DNA of 63,790 nucleotides, filler included, from Octopus bimaculoides (lineage: Eukaryota): NCBI RefSeq assembly GCF_001194135.2. It is 4 parts of 4 records of this genome, joined end to end, with 100 filler letters (N's around TTAATTAATTAA, not from the genome) between each part and the next. Parts side by side here need not be neighbours in the genome. Positions count along the whole stretch, not along the records: positions 24,400 to 43,123 come from NC_068981.1; positions 43,224 to 62,324 come from NC_068989.1; 2 more parts are not named here. One strand, given 5' to 3'. The notes beneath the pieces are model-generated. The model did not search any database. It saw only the letters and a program-made list of their open reading frames with translations, and was not told the origin of the DNA. This document shows positions 36,960 through 51,090 of the stretch, in pieces (positions within the stretch are counted from its first letter, which is position 1; each line of letters begins with the position of its first letter). Made by a program: the position numbers and the translations under genes.

Positions 36960-37950
36960 TCATTAGCATCTTCTTTCAATTCGGTATCCATTTCTTGCCG
37001 AGTGTCTTCCTGACACCTAGGTTAGAGAAACATACTGTATACATTGGTAGGCCATCAAAACAAGCACACAAGATTGTTCATATACAGAGTCATGTGATAG
37101 AGAAAAAGGGGAAGACAGAGAGAAAAATGAAGAACTAAGAAATAGAGAAGTAAACAAATAAAGGGGGGAGGAGAAAATTCGCAACGACAATGCTCTTCTT
37201 TATACGTGTGACGTACCAGTTAAGACAACCTTCTGCACTCCCTGCAGGGATGGTAAGCCAGGGATCATTCTTAAATAATTTTTAATTCCTTTTTTGATCA
37301 TTCTAAGTGCTCTTACAATCACTGTTATTGTAACCGTCCTGAGATGCCTCACCTTTTCGATTTCGATTAGCAAATCTTTATATTTTCTGAGCTTAACAAA
37401 TTCTTTTGCCGAGATATTATGGTCACATGGCATGCTCATATCAATTAATAAAAAAGACTTTATTGCTTTTGTCTTTCACAACTTTATCTGGTTTATTTGC
37501 CTTGATGATCCGGTCTGTACATACTGGGAAGTCCCGAAGAATAGTAATATTTTCTCCATCAGTTACAATCTCAGGGTGGTGCTTGTACCATTTGTCAGCA
37601 GTTTTGATTTTATACTGCTGCCACATTATCTAATGTAGATATTGGCCAACTCTGTCATGTCTTGATTTGGACTCTACAGATGATAAAGATTAGGTGGTCT
37701 GCAGTTTCTATCCCATCGTTGCAGTGTCGGCATTATGGGTCTACACCATTTTTCATCACATTGACTTGATAGTTCCGCGTCAATAAGCTCCGATCTTGGG
37801 CAGCCAAGATAAAGCCGTCACTCTCTGCTTTTAGCCCTGAGCTCCGTAGCCACTGATGGGTGTGCTTCTGATCTATATCAGCTTGTTTGCTACGAGCCAA
37901 ATATTTGCCAAGCTGAGGGTTATTTCTATGCAGCAGCGAATTCTTCATGC
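36960..37950 (-). mobile_element. 5'-truncated R4/Dong-type element (thumb end, knuckle, RLE, 3' UTR, (TAA)n tail)
   Basis: WLRSSGLKAESDGFILAAQD..KWYKHHPEIVT..ILRDFPVCTDRIIKANKPDKVVKD..MSMPCD..KYKDLLIEIEK..LQGVQKVVLTGTSHV; tail (ATT)n on plus at 36910-36960. Confidence 0.88.
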
Positions 37951-38397
37951 ATTAAACGTGTAAGTACCTCTTTTACTTCAACTTTGAAAATCATGGCTTC
38001 CCCCAACACACACTTACACTCCGACCACACTATTGCCGTGAGTGGAGGCGTTCTGTGTATGATTTGGATGCATAGCATTCGCCAGAAAGAAGCAGTAAAA
38101 GAAGAAAGAAAAGGAAATACTTTTAAACTCCGAATTTAAAAAAAAAACCTGTCATTTGTAAATAATGAACTGAATGACAGCAACATCAAAATGGAAGAAC
38201 AGGGTTTTTTAAACGAATTTTCTTACGAATATATATATATACATGTATATATATATATANNNNNNNNNNNNNNNNNNNNNNNNNNNNNNNNNNNNNNNNN
38301 NNNNNNNNNNNNNNNNNNNNNNNNNNNNNNNNNNNNNNNNNNNNNNNNNNNNNNNNNNNNNNNNNNNNNNNNNNNNNNNNNNNNNNNNNNNNNNNNN

Positions 38398-38430
<33 letters not shown>

Positions 38431-38627
38431 ATTTGTGTCTTATTTCGTCCAGCTTCCATCATCGCTTGACAACCGATGTTGTGTGTACCGTAGCATAGCA
38501 GTTCGGCAAAGGAGACCAATAGAATAAGTATTACGTTCACGAAGAATAAGTCCTGGGGTTGATTTATTCGAGTAAAAACGGTGCTGCAGCATGGCCGCAG
38601 TCAAATGACTGAAACAACTAAAAGAGT
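38398..38627 (+). mobile_element. SINE family C, 3' half
   Basis: (GT)n followed by ..CATCGCTTGACAACCG..AGCATGGCCGCAGTCAAATGACTGAAAC. Confidence 0.85.
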
Positions 38628-38782
38628 ATATATATTGAAACAAAACCACGTCGTCCATGATATCAATATTCTTCATATTCCCAAGAGACTGTAAGTTTAA
38701 TTACAAATGAATTAACTGCTAATGTATTCAACTTGAAATGATATTAAATATCACAAGAATGAATTTGTGACAGAAAATATAG

Positions 38783-39151
38783 TGGCACTCTGTCGGTTAC
38801 GACAAGTTGATCTGATCAACGGAATAACCTGCTCGTGAAATTAACGTGCAAGTGGCTGAGCACTCCACAGACACATGTACCCTTAACGTAGTTCTCGGGG
38901 AGATTCAGCGTGACACAGTGTGACAAGGCTGGCCCTTTGAAATACAGGTACAACAGAAACAGGATGTAAGAGTGACTGAAAGTTGTGGTGAAAGAATACA
39001 GCAGGTCTTACCACCACCACCCCCTGTCGGAGCCTCGAGGAGCTTTAGGAGTTTTCGCTTATTAAACACTCACAACGCCCGGTCTGGGAATCGAAACCGC
39101 GATCCTATGACCACTTTTCCGCTGCCCTAACCACTGGGCCATTGCGCCTCC
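38783..39151 (-). mobile_element. SINE family A, near full length
   Basis: Colinear with 3964-4353. Confidence 0.9.
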
Positions 39152-39404
39152 GTNNNNNNNNNNNNNNNNNNNNNNNNNNNNNNNNNNNNNNNNNNNNNNN
39201 NNNNNNNNNNNNNNNTATATATATATATATATATTTGTATTTATATCATTCAGTATGACATAAGCAAAGTGGAAATAAATCATGTACTATCAAGTGTCGG
39301 GTAACGGTCGTCGTTGTGAAAGTTATTACTGAAAAGTTCTTAATTGCTGAAGAAAAGCAACATTTTCTTTCTAAGAAATAATGTAATATATGTTATGAAT
39401 AAGG

Positions 39405-39612
39405 CAGCGAGCTTGCAGAATCGTTAGCACACGAGGCAAATACTTAGCGGCATTTCGTCCGCTTTTATCGTTCTGAGTTCAAATTCTGCCAAGGTTGACT
39501 TTGCATTTCATTCTTTCGAAATCGATAAAATATATACCAGTTGAGCAATGGGGTCGATCTAAACGACCTATCCCTTCCTCGAAATTGCTGGCCATGTGCT
39601 AAAACTTGAAAG
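39405..39612 (+). mobile_element. SINE family B, tail type c
   Basis: Head and central domain followed by ..CTCGAAATTGCTGGCCATGTGCTAAAACTTGAAAGCAAT. Confidence 0.75.
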
Positions 39613-41404
39613 CAATACGAATGTGAACATGAAAATATCTGGATGATATGCGTATGATTGTATTTTTATAAGTTAATCACAGACATAAGGCAGGTAGCTT
39701 TAAAGCCCCTGATCCTACCATACTACTGAGTTTCATGCAGCTGGTAGTCGCCCTGAACGTACATAAGAAATACGGTTATGTATATTTTTATATGTGCGCG
39801 TGTAATTATTGTGTGATTTAAGCTTAAATAGCACGACGAACAAGCAATATATAGAGATCCATGTTCGTTTATACATATCCAGTATTATAATCCGAGTTTC
39901 CCTTGAATTTCCATACCGAGATAGATCACAGAGTATAGAGAAGACAAAAGGATCACAAAATAGGTGAGTACGTTCATAAATCATTTATTTACGCCAAACT
40001 CTCCTGTCTTGTTTGACTTTTACATATATATTCGCTTGTTACAACAGGATAACTAATTCAAACAGTCATGAATAACCCTGAAATCTAACTTGTTCGAAAC
40101 AATTATAAAGAATCCTCTGCCAACTTGATTTGTCTCCGGAACAACAATCTCAATGTATATGAAAAACAACGGGCAGAGTAGACAAAATACTTATATGTTA
40201 TATAGAAAAATACCGCAACGTTCACAGAGCAGATTGTAAAGAATGCAAAACGAAGCATGTACGTTCTTACAACGGTATTCATATGCACTGCCCGTCATCA
40301 TAAGAACGAAAGAGCGACCACAGTGTATAAGCAAATTGTACTTTTATCATGGTTTATCTCATCACTGTCTAGGCTCCAAAATCTATCCACAACAAACTAC
40401 AATGAATTAGATACCACCCTCCACACGCACACATACACGTAAACCAAGAAGCAACGATGCTGAAAATGAAATACCCCATGAGTATGCGTGTGAATAAGGT
40501 TTCTTGACCACAATCAATTTTATTATATCATAAAATATTATATATATATATATATATNNNNNNNNNNNNNNNNNNNNNNNNNNNNNNNNNNNNNNNNNNN
40601 NNNNNNNNNNNNNNNNNNNNNNNNNNNNNNNNNNNNNNNNNNNNNNNNNNNNNNNNNNNNNNNNNNNNNNNNNNNNNNNNNNNNNNNNNNNNNNNNNNNN
40701 NNNNNNNNNNNNNNNNNNNNNNNNNNNNNNNNNNNNNNNNNNNNNNNNNNNNNNNNNNNNNNNNNNNNNNNNNNNNNNNNNNNNNNNNNNNNNNNNNNNN
40801 NNNNNNNNNNNNNNNNNNNNNNNNNNNNNNNNNNNNNNNNNNNNNNNNNNNNNNNNNNNNNNNNNNNNNNNNNNNNNNNNNNNNNNNNNNNNNNNNNNNN
40901 NNNNNNNNNNNNNNNNNNNNNNNNNNNNNNNNNNNNNNNNNNNNNNNNNNNNNNNNNNNNNNNNNNNNNNNNNNNNNNNNNNNNNNNNNNNNNNNNNNNN
41001 NNNNNNNNNNNNNNNNNNNNNNNNNNNNNNNNNNNNNNNNNNNNNNNNNNNNNNNNNNNNNNNNNNNNNNNNNNNNNNNNNNNNNNNNNNNNNNNNNNNN
41101 NNNNNNNNNNNNNNNNNNNNNNNNNNNNNNNNNNNNNNNNNNNNNNNNNNNNNNNNNNNNNNNNNNNNNNNNNNNNNNNNNNNNNNNNNNNNNNNNNNNN
41201 NNNNNNNNNNNNNNNNNNNNNNNNNNNNNNNNNNNNNNNNNNNNNNNNNNNNNNNNNNNNNNNNNNNNNNNNNNNNNNNNNNNNNNNNNNNNNNNNNNNN
41301 NNNNNNNNNNNNNNNNNNNNNNNNNNNNNNNNNNNNNNNNNNNNNNNNNNNNNNNNNNNNNNNNNNNNNNNNNNNNNNNNNNNNNNNNNNNNNNNNNNNN
41401 NNNN

Positions 41405-41461
<57 letters not shown>

Positions 41462-41494
41462 TACATACATATATATATATATTATCATTCTTAT

Positions 41495-41700
41495 CATTTA
41501 CTAGTTTCTGTCATTAGACAGCAGCCATGCTGTGGCACTGCATTGAAAAAGTTTAGTTGAATGATTCGATCCGACCCAAGTACTTTTTGGGGGAGCGTAG
41601 TACATTTGTCGGTCTCTTTTTCCGTTCCGGTAAGTTACGGGGACGTAAATGTATCAACACTAGTTGTCATACGGTCCTGGTGGAAGAACACAGTCGCAAT
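41495..41700 (-). mobile_element. SINE family C, degraded 3' half
   Basis: Diverged reverse-complement match to 59130-59325. Confidence 0.7.
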
Positions 41701-41882
41701 GACTCGCACGCACGTAGATATATACACACAATCATACTCATAAATACACATACAAACACGCACATACATACACACACACATATACACACACACATACAGA
41801 GACACACATACACACATATGGCATATATTGTACTCATAAAAGACAAATAACGCACTTTATATCTTAAGTTTCATAATGCATT

Positions 41883-42032
41883 CACGCGTTTCGTAAATCA
41901 AATGAAAGTATTACACCAATATTCCGTGAAGCCTCATGAGTGTTGTGGCGAAAAGTACACGCGTTCCTTAAATCAAATAGGAGGATTACACCAAAATTTA
42001 GTGAAGCCAAATGAGTGTTGTGGCAAAATATA
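41883..42032. repeat. two diverged 75-bp tandem copies
   Basis: CACGCGTT..TAAATCAAAT..ATTACACCAA..GTGAAGCC..ATGAGTGTTGTGGC at 41883 and 41958. Confidence 0.85.
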
Positions 42033-42451
42033 CAATCTTTTATTTTTTTTTCCAAAACACTGATGAGATCAACGAATAAAACCTATCTCCTCGATACTTT
42101 CTTATGTAAACACAATGGATGTAGGTGTGTAGTGCAGAGCTCACTACTGAGCCCTACCATTTGGTTAGCCCATGCGAATTATATATTCTATCATATCATA
42201 TTATATATATGTTTGTGTGCGTATGCGTGTCTGTGTGTCTGTGTGTCTGTGAGTGTGTATGCGCACACAAAATAGTTGTTGTAATCAGGATGTTTATTGC
42301 AAAATTGAAATTTGATGAGGGGCAATATATTCATAAAAGCCGTTTAATAATCTCTCAAAAACCAACCAAAAGCATGGGAGTGCATTTGCTTCTCTTCGCA
42401 TACAAACATGCATACATGAATACATACATGCATACATACATAATACATACA

Positions 42452-42536
<85 letters not shown>

Positions 42537-44238
42537 GGTTATGAGTTTGTTTGTGTATGAATCAGAGATAGAGATACGGCATGTGTAAATGTTTGTATGA
42601 GAAAAATGTATATAATTGTATATATGTGGACGTATATCAAGGCAAACAAACCAGTTCTAAATTTTGCCTTCAAATGTATTTAATATCTCAAAAGCGATTT
42701 GAAGGCTTGACTGACATATTTCTTAAGACACATACTAGACACACCTTCTGCCTCTAAGAACTTAACATTATGGATATGTAATATGTATATATACCTATAC
42801 ACATAGACATACATACATACATACATACATACATACACACACATACATACATACATACATACATGCATGCATGCATTTATATATGTGTGTGTGTGTCTAT
42901 GTGTATATATACAACACAAAACACAGAAGATAACAGATATATATATGTCTGTGTGTGGGTGTATTGTGTGTGGGTGTGTGTGTATGTAATAAATACATTA
43001 ACATATACCAATATTTAAACATCTGTATTTACATATTTCATTATTATTTACGCACACACTCATATTCTTGTATATTTGTTAATTATTTGTGCACTCGTAT
43101 GTATGCTTATTTGTATACCATATNNNNNNNNNNNNNNNNNNNNNNNNNNNNNNNNNNNNNNNNNNNNTTAATTAATTAANNNNNNNNNNNNNNNNNNNNN
43201 NNNNNNNNNNNNNNNNNNNNNNNCACACACACACACACACACACACGCGCACGCACACACACACACACTGTACACCATGTCGAAGTTTTCTTTTTTTTTC
43301 CCAGATATACTTTTATGACTGCAAAATTGTATGGGGTAAAGAAAAAAACAGGGAGAAGAACAAACAAAAACAAAAAAATATTAGTGACAAAGAAAAAAAA
43401 AAATCAGGTGAAAAAGAAAAAGAAAAACACCACAAAATATAGACAAAAAAAAGTATTTCTCGGAAGCGCAACGAGTGGCGAAGAGAAAGAGGAAAAGTGT
43501 GTAAATAAATGAAGTAGGGTAGAGTTTGCATTGGCAGCGAACTGGGGGTTGTTTTGTCTTTTATATTTGTTGAACGAAGAAATTAACAACAAAAAAATGT
43601 TAAAAAATAATTACGTTGAGGTAATTTGGCATTTCCTTAGAATTGGACGCCGATTCTACAGCTTGTCTATATTCTTTACTCCAATTTAATTGTTTGCCTT
43701 GGCCGTCTCTCACACCCATAGCCCTCCTCCGCAACTGGTGCGCCGTCATTCGCCTCCAAGAACGACAATCGCTTCCCATTTCCTATTTCCATGGTCCTCT
43801 TATTTACTCTTTTTTTCCCCCTACTTTCATTTCTATAAACATTACATTAACAACCCACCCTTACCCCACCCCCCGCTCACCAAATAAATATAAAATAAAA
43901 TAAACAAACACTAAAGGAAGCAACAATAATAGATATTCTCAACTTTTATTATATTCTTTTGTTTTATAGCTGCAATTCTCATATTGATTCCTACGATTCT
44001 TTTCTGTTGGGACAAGAAATTTCCCTCCTAAATACAACACAGCAAATCTATTTTATTATTCACTGACATATTTCTGTTTTATTCTGGCAACTTTCAATGT
44101 TCGGCCTTTGTTTCCCAGTTCCCCTTTATTTTCTGCTGCCCCTCTCTTCCCCCAGCACAGTCACCTATACACATACATTTATGTACATACATACACACAC
44201 ACATACATACATACATATATATATATAGATATATAGAT

Positions 44239-44307
<69 letters not shown>

Positions 44308-44547
44308 NNNNNNNNNNNNNNNNNNNNNNNNNNNNNNNNNNNNNNNNNNNNNNNNNNNNNNNNNNNNNNNNNNNNNNNNNNNNNNNNNNNNNNNNNNNNN
44401 NNNNNNNNNNNNNNNNNNNNNNNNNNNNNNNNNNNNNNNNNNNNNNNNNNNNNNNNNNNNNNNNNNNNNNNNNNNNNNNNNNNNNNNNNNNNNNNNNNNN
44501 NNNNNNNNNNNNNNNNNNNNNNNNNNNNNNNNNNNNNNNNNNNNNNN

Positions 44548-44582
<35 letters not shown>

Positions 44583-47500
44583 TTCCTATTATTATTTATC
44601 ATTTCATGTACAATACGTTGGCACAGAAATTATGCAAGAACATACTCTGTCCTTTTCTAAAAAAAATAAGCAAAAAAAAACAAACAAACAAAACAAACAA
44701 AAACAGATGGAAATGTTTAAAATGTAGCCGGGTATGTAAGTTTGCCAAGAAAAAAACAAAAATCTATCTGTAAAAGAAAGCCTTTCTCGATTTGATAAAT
44801 TTAATTACTTCTTGTCTGTTGATTGAGTTGCCTTATTTTACTTGCGGCCAACTTTAACCATCGTTTTTTTTTTCTTCTCTTTTCTTTTCTTTTTTTTCAT
44901 TCCCTATCCGGGCAGCTGTTGAACTGTTCACACCTTCTCCGTTCCATCCAACCCGATCTGCATCTATCAGATATTTAGAAAACTTTTCCCCCTCTTCCTC
45001 CTGCTACTTCTCTTCCTCATCCTTCTCCCCACCACAACTTCGCTGTTTCCTGTCAGTTCTCTGTCGACCAACAGATGTGAGAAGGAAAGAAAAGAGAATG
45101 ACGGTTACGCTGCAGCAACTGGAAGTAGTACCAGCTGCAATCAAACATACTGGTGTATCCTCAGTGCATCTCAAGTGGACAAGCGTGGCTCGAGAACGTG
45201 GCCTGAGCATAGCGTACAGACAGCCATGCTGCCAAGTTTTTCTTGGCCGGACAGACAGAAAGACAAATGAAATGCAGACTCTGTCGATAAGTATCTCGAG
45301 ACGTTGCCCCTCTTCCTCATTCTCTCTCCCCAACTCTCTCTCTCTCTCTCTCTCTCTCATCAAAAAAAAAATGACACGTCCAGTAAGAAAACGCAGCTCT
45401 ACGCGTAAACCCTCAGTAGACAACAGACATACATCACCACCGCCATCACCACCTCTACCACCGTCACCGCCCCCACCGCCGCCACCACCATGATGATAAA
45501 ATNNNNNNNNNNNNNNNNNNNNNNNNNNNNNNNNNNNNNNNNNNNNNNNNNNNNNNNNNNNNNNNNNNNNNNNNNNNNNNNNNNNNNNNNNNNNNNNNNN
45601 NNNNNNNNNNNNNNNNNNNNNNNNNNNNNNNNNNNNNNNNNNNNNNNNNNNNNNNNNNNNNNNNNNNNNNNNNNNNNNNNNNNNNNNNNNNNNNNNNNNN
45701 NNNNNNNNNNNNNNNNNNNNNNNNNNNNNNNNNNNNNNNNNNNNNNNNNNNNNNNNNNNNNNNNNNNNNNNNNNNNNNNNNNNNNNNNNNNNNNNNNNNN
45801 NNNNNNNNNNNNNNNNNNNNNNNNNNNNNNNNNNNNNNNNNNNNNNNNNNNNNNNNNNNNNNNNNNNNNNNNNNNNNNNNNNNNNNNNNNNNNNNNNNNN
45901 NNNNNNNNNNNNNNNNNNNNNNNNNNNNNNNNNNNNNNNNNNNNNNNNNNNNNNNNNNNNNNNNNNNNNNNNNNNNNNNNNNNNNNNNNNNNNNNNNNNN
46001 NNNNNNNNNNNNNNNNNNNNNNNNNNNNNNNNNNNNNNNNNNNNNNNNNNNNNNNNNNNNNNNNNNNNNNNNNNNNNNTATATGTTTACAGGCGCATGAA
46101 TGTGCACACACGCACACACACATCTGCACATTTATATGTATGTAATTACAAAAGCATGTGTGTATGTGTCTCTGTGTGTCCATGTGTGTGTGCGTGTGTG
46201 TGCGTGTGTAATACAATGAATACTGGATTTGTCTTGATTTAATCTTAACTTCAGTTTAATACAGAGTTAAAATAATGGTTTTTAATATTATTCTTAGGTC
46301 AGTTATTTGTATATACGTTTGTTTGCTGTTGTTGTTTTTTTCGGTGGGTTTGTTTTTTGTTTAATTTTTGTTTTGAATTTTTACAATATTTTTTCCAAGT
46401 CTGTTGATGGTCTTCGTTATTTTTTATTGTATTTTTTTTCAAAAAGCTGAAACTTCTTATTTTATATTTTACACGCTTAAGATAAATATTACAGGAGTAA
46501 ACATTAGTTTTTACAATAACGATAACGAGAAGAGCAAAGCATAGAGAAGACAGCATCACTCTATGTTCCAACAGCAAATTAACAAACACCTTCATAATTC
46601 TGGAAATGACGAACTTATTGCAATTTAAATTTACAACTTCACCATTTAATCTCGTTGATATCGGTCGGGGTAGAGATATGTAAAAATAGGGGTAGAGATA
46701 TGTAGGGGTAGAGATATGTAAGAACCTATCAAACGCTCGTCGATTTAAATTTATCCCAAAACAAATTAAGCCCTTGATTATCTTCGTAATATTATTTTTG
46801 TTTAAGAATCTTTATGTTTACGTATATTCTTTTGTATAGAATATTTCATATTCTTCGCCTCTCTTGAGCGTACTTAAAGGTTTCTTTGCCATTTCTATCA
46901 TAATTAATACAACGATAACATTCTCAAAATCATTAAGGGTCAGATGAGAAGGAACTGTCGGCTTATGTTTTAGGTTTGATATTTGCTTTGTTCAAATTTC
47001 AATATTACATGTCTGTGTGTAGGCACATATGTACATACACACACAAACACACACACACACATAGACACGAATGCATACATGTGAAAGCCTACACACACAC
47101 ACATATATGTATGTATGTATGTTTGTCTCTCTCTCTCTCTATATATATATGTGTGTGTGTGTGTGTAATGGGTGATCTTATGTGTGTGGGCGCGTGTGTG
47201 TATATATACACACGTGTGTGCATGTATAAACATATACATATGTGTATGTATGTTGCATGCACAATGCAAGGGCACAAAGTGCTCAACAGATGATGATGAT
47301 GATGATGGTGGTGTGCACTGCACTGCACTTGATGTTCGAAATTTTATTTTCTGCTTGGAAACCAGAGAAGAAGACGTTTCCCAGGCTTAAAATTTACTTA
47401 ACTTCGATATCCTGAGGTTTGTTCTCGCCATTGATTTCATCTTTTGGGTGAGTTATTTGTTTTATTAAACATTTTTTACTCTCCTATTCAATGCAAAGCC

Positions 47501-47681
47501 CCTCTGCCTCCTCCTCTCGCTCCTCGCTCCTCTCTTTCTATCTACTTATCTCCCTTTCACTCTCCTACGTACTCCGTCTGCTCTTATATTCTCTTTATTT
47601 TCGTCTATTTTAATATCACTTTACTGAAAAGAAAACAGAAAAGACCCAGCCCACTTCTATATGCAACCAGTTCTTCTCCCC

Positions 47682-47726
<45 letters not shown>

Positions 47727-50621
47727 GCTTTTTATGTTCATATATAGAAGGAAGAAAAATATACAAAGAAAAATCTATAGAAGACAAGAAAAAAAGACTT
47801 TTATTTCAAGTTTTGACTGCTATTAAATATTATTGCTGTTGTTGAATCAACGAGCGACTGGTGTCGAAGCTTTAGGCTATTGCCAGTTATGGCAAGCATT
47901 TCTAAAAAAAATTAGTCACACAATCAATGTAGCCATTTCGACATGGCCTGAGACAAAAATACAACATCGTCATCAAATCCGCCCTTTGCAGCTGTAGAAA
48001 CCCATTTCCTTCTGGCTCACTTGTTGTAGACGTCAGCAAGTACAACAACAGCAACAACAACATTGCCGATATAATAATGATGTTGATGCTGTTATTGTCA
48101 CATTAGTTCATTGGTTTCTTACTAAACCAGAAATAAATGAGAAAAACGCTACTATGTCCTCCTTTTGATGACAAAAAAAATGAAATTCAACCTGCGTGTG
48201 CGCGCGCGCGCGACAAGCCTCTCCCACCCAACACATACACAAACACACACACACCTACCAATATACTCGCATAGAAATTTAGATTTATTTATTTAAAAGG
48301 AAACAAAACTAGACACAGTTACATGAAATATATTGTGTAACTAAATCCTCCAAGTTTTTCTATTTTTCTTTCTCCATTCTTTTCTTCTTCCAAATGATTT
48401 ACCGTTATTGTTCATAACTTAATCAGAGCATTAACATAAATATCTTTTCATTCTAAACGGCAATTTTTAGCTTTTTGATACGGCTTTGCTAGTTGGGTTG
48501 TTTTAAATAAGTTATTTGTTTTCTTTCCTTCTCAATCAGAAAGCAGTTTTGAAAATAGACGCTTTTCAATTGTTGCTCAAAGTTACTGAGATTTTTATTC
48601 AATGAAAAATATTATTCAATAATAATAATGAAAAACATTTTAGTAATTTATTTGTAAGCCTACATAGGTTTTGTTGCTTTGTTTAAATGATAATCGCTGC
48701 GAACAATGTAAATTATATTGTATTAACTTAAAATTCAAAAGCTATCTAAAACTTTTTAAAATAAAACGACTGAGGGAGACAACCCCAGACTTTACTATAT
48801 TTTTGACGTTCGGCATCGTCTCCCCTGTTTCAGCGCGCGCTGTCCTACAACTGACGATTTCTGTGTCGTCTGCTAGCAGCTGCCATCTTTAGAGGGCCTT
48901 TGTCTGACAGCGACGGCGAGGTTTTTTATGAAACGCACATGAAGCGGATTTTCTTTTTCATTCTTGATGTATCAAATCTTTAAACATAAATCTCTAATAT
49001 ATTTGTAATTAAAAGTTTAAATAGCGTAAAATCGATAAAAATTACAATTAATTATTATTAAACAATAGATCCATTAACTATTTGCAACGTTAAGTTAGCA
49101 ACGTTGAGATGAATGGTGCAGCTCTAAACAAATGAGATAGTGATTTTTGGCAAAACAGCATGCGAATAATAACACCTGAAAGAGTAGAAGCCTAAAAATA
49201 ATCTTTATATACTTAATAAAAACTAGTTTAGAATTATATATATATATCTATATCTATGTCTATATGTATATCTATATATATATCTTCTATTAGTTACAAA
49301 TTATGTGCACGCCAGTTAAACTGAAGACATCGGAGAAATATTTCAAAGACAGATTATATAGCATGGTGAAATAACGAAGAAAATTTTAATATGAGAAAGA
49401 AAAAAAAAAGTTTTAGGTATTAGTTTACAAACAATGTTTTTTTTTTTTTTATTTAAGATAATAAAAACTAAAGAAAAACAATATCAGAAAAAAAGTTCCA
49501 AAAGGATTTGAAAATGTTTAAATTTACTTTAATTTTAATTTTTTTATTTTTGCCATTTACATATAAATGTTAAAGAAATATTCTATTATTATATTTAATT
49601 TTAGTATCCAGGTCAAGTTTAGATATGTGGGAGGGCTGTCACTAGTTTCTTTTGTAACTTATAATAAGGTCCCAGCCGCTAATAGTGGCAAGCTATGAGA
49701 GCGTCATAATTGCAGTGGATAGAGTAAAATAATCTGACAACCTCCCGACTGTCTCTGCATTATACCAGCATCACACTCTTCGCCATACAATGATGGCTCA
49801 GGACCATTAAACAGAGCGACGCTGCTGTTACGTGATAAGAAAAAAAACTATGTGCAGATAACATCTTTCCACTTTCGTTCACTTAATTGTTCCCTATTAC
49901 AATCTTATATATATATATATATGAATAGATATGTGTGTGAATATATATATATATATATATATATGTTAATACATATATATATGTATGTGTGTGTGTGTGT
50001 GTGTCTGTGTATTCGTTTTGTGTTTGGTTATACTTATTGTAGTTATAAGTGATGTTATTTGTGTTGATATATCGTCCCTATTCATTACATATTTTGTTAT
50101 ATTTTGAAAGTATTTTCTCGATTTTTCTACTCACATTTCTTTCAATGTCCAAACGATACTCTGTCTTCTTTTTCATGTTCAACTCTTTTATTTGATTTGT
50201 GGCTCCATGTTTATGTATTTGCCCGCTTCTAACTTATTTGTCCACAGTTATTTCTTTATTTCCCCCTTTTCACTGCAGTAATCTTTTCATTATTAAACAT
50301 CTAACAATTTTGACAATACAACTATGAAAGCTGGGGTGACCTACCTTAAATTATGCACCACTTGCTTGTTGTGCGCTTTCTTTCTAAAGATGACATAAAT
50401 ACAAAACGTGGGCAATGATTTTCTAGGTCGTGGCTGAACTCTCTGACATAAAAAAAAGTGCAGAAAGTATATTAACCGCCAATGTGATCATCTTTCCGTT
50501 GATTTCTTGGTTTAAATGAAAGAATTATTCATCCTTATGGTATTATATGAAGCTGTGGCTAACTGTCTTAAGATATATAAGATTTGCATTATGAAGCATT
50601 AAGATCATCCCCCAACTAATA

Positions 50622-51090
50622 GGCGCTGTCGTGGCTGTGTGGTATAGAGGTTTGCTTCCCAACCACATGGTTTTAGGTTCAGTCCCACTGAGTGGCAACT
50701 TAGGTAAGCGTCTTCTACAATAGTTTTGGACCGAACCAAAGTTTTGTGATTGGATTTGGTAGATGGAAACTGAAAGGAACTCGTCGTATATGTGTGTGTA
50801 TATACAGATATATATATATATATATATATACGCATATATATTTATACGTATATATATATATACATATATATTTATACGTATATATATGTGTGTGTTTTGT
50901 CCCCACTCCCACCGCTTGACAACCGGTGGTAGTAAGTTAGGACCCCGTAACTTAGCGGTTCGGTAAAAAGAGAACGATAGAACAAGTGATAGGCTTTAAA
51001 AAAAAACGAAATACCGGAGTTGATACGTTCGACTAAAAACTCTCCGAGGCGGTGCCCCAGCATGGCCGCAGTCTAATGATAAAAGATAAA
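50622..51090 (+). mobile_element. SINE family C, full length, with internal (TA)-rich repeat
   Basis: Colinear with 4548-5083 and 58971-59325. Confidence 0.88.

Noticed and set aside
48825-48850. TTCAGCGC-GC-GCTGTCC resembling RE1/REST half-sites
   Set aside because: Half-site orientation is non-canonical and there is no basis for REST binding in this lineage.
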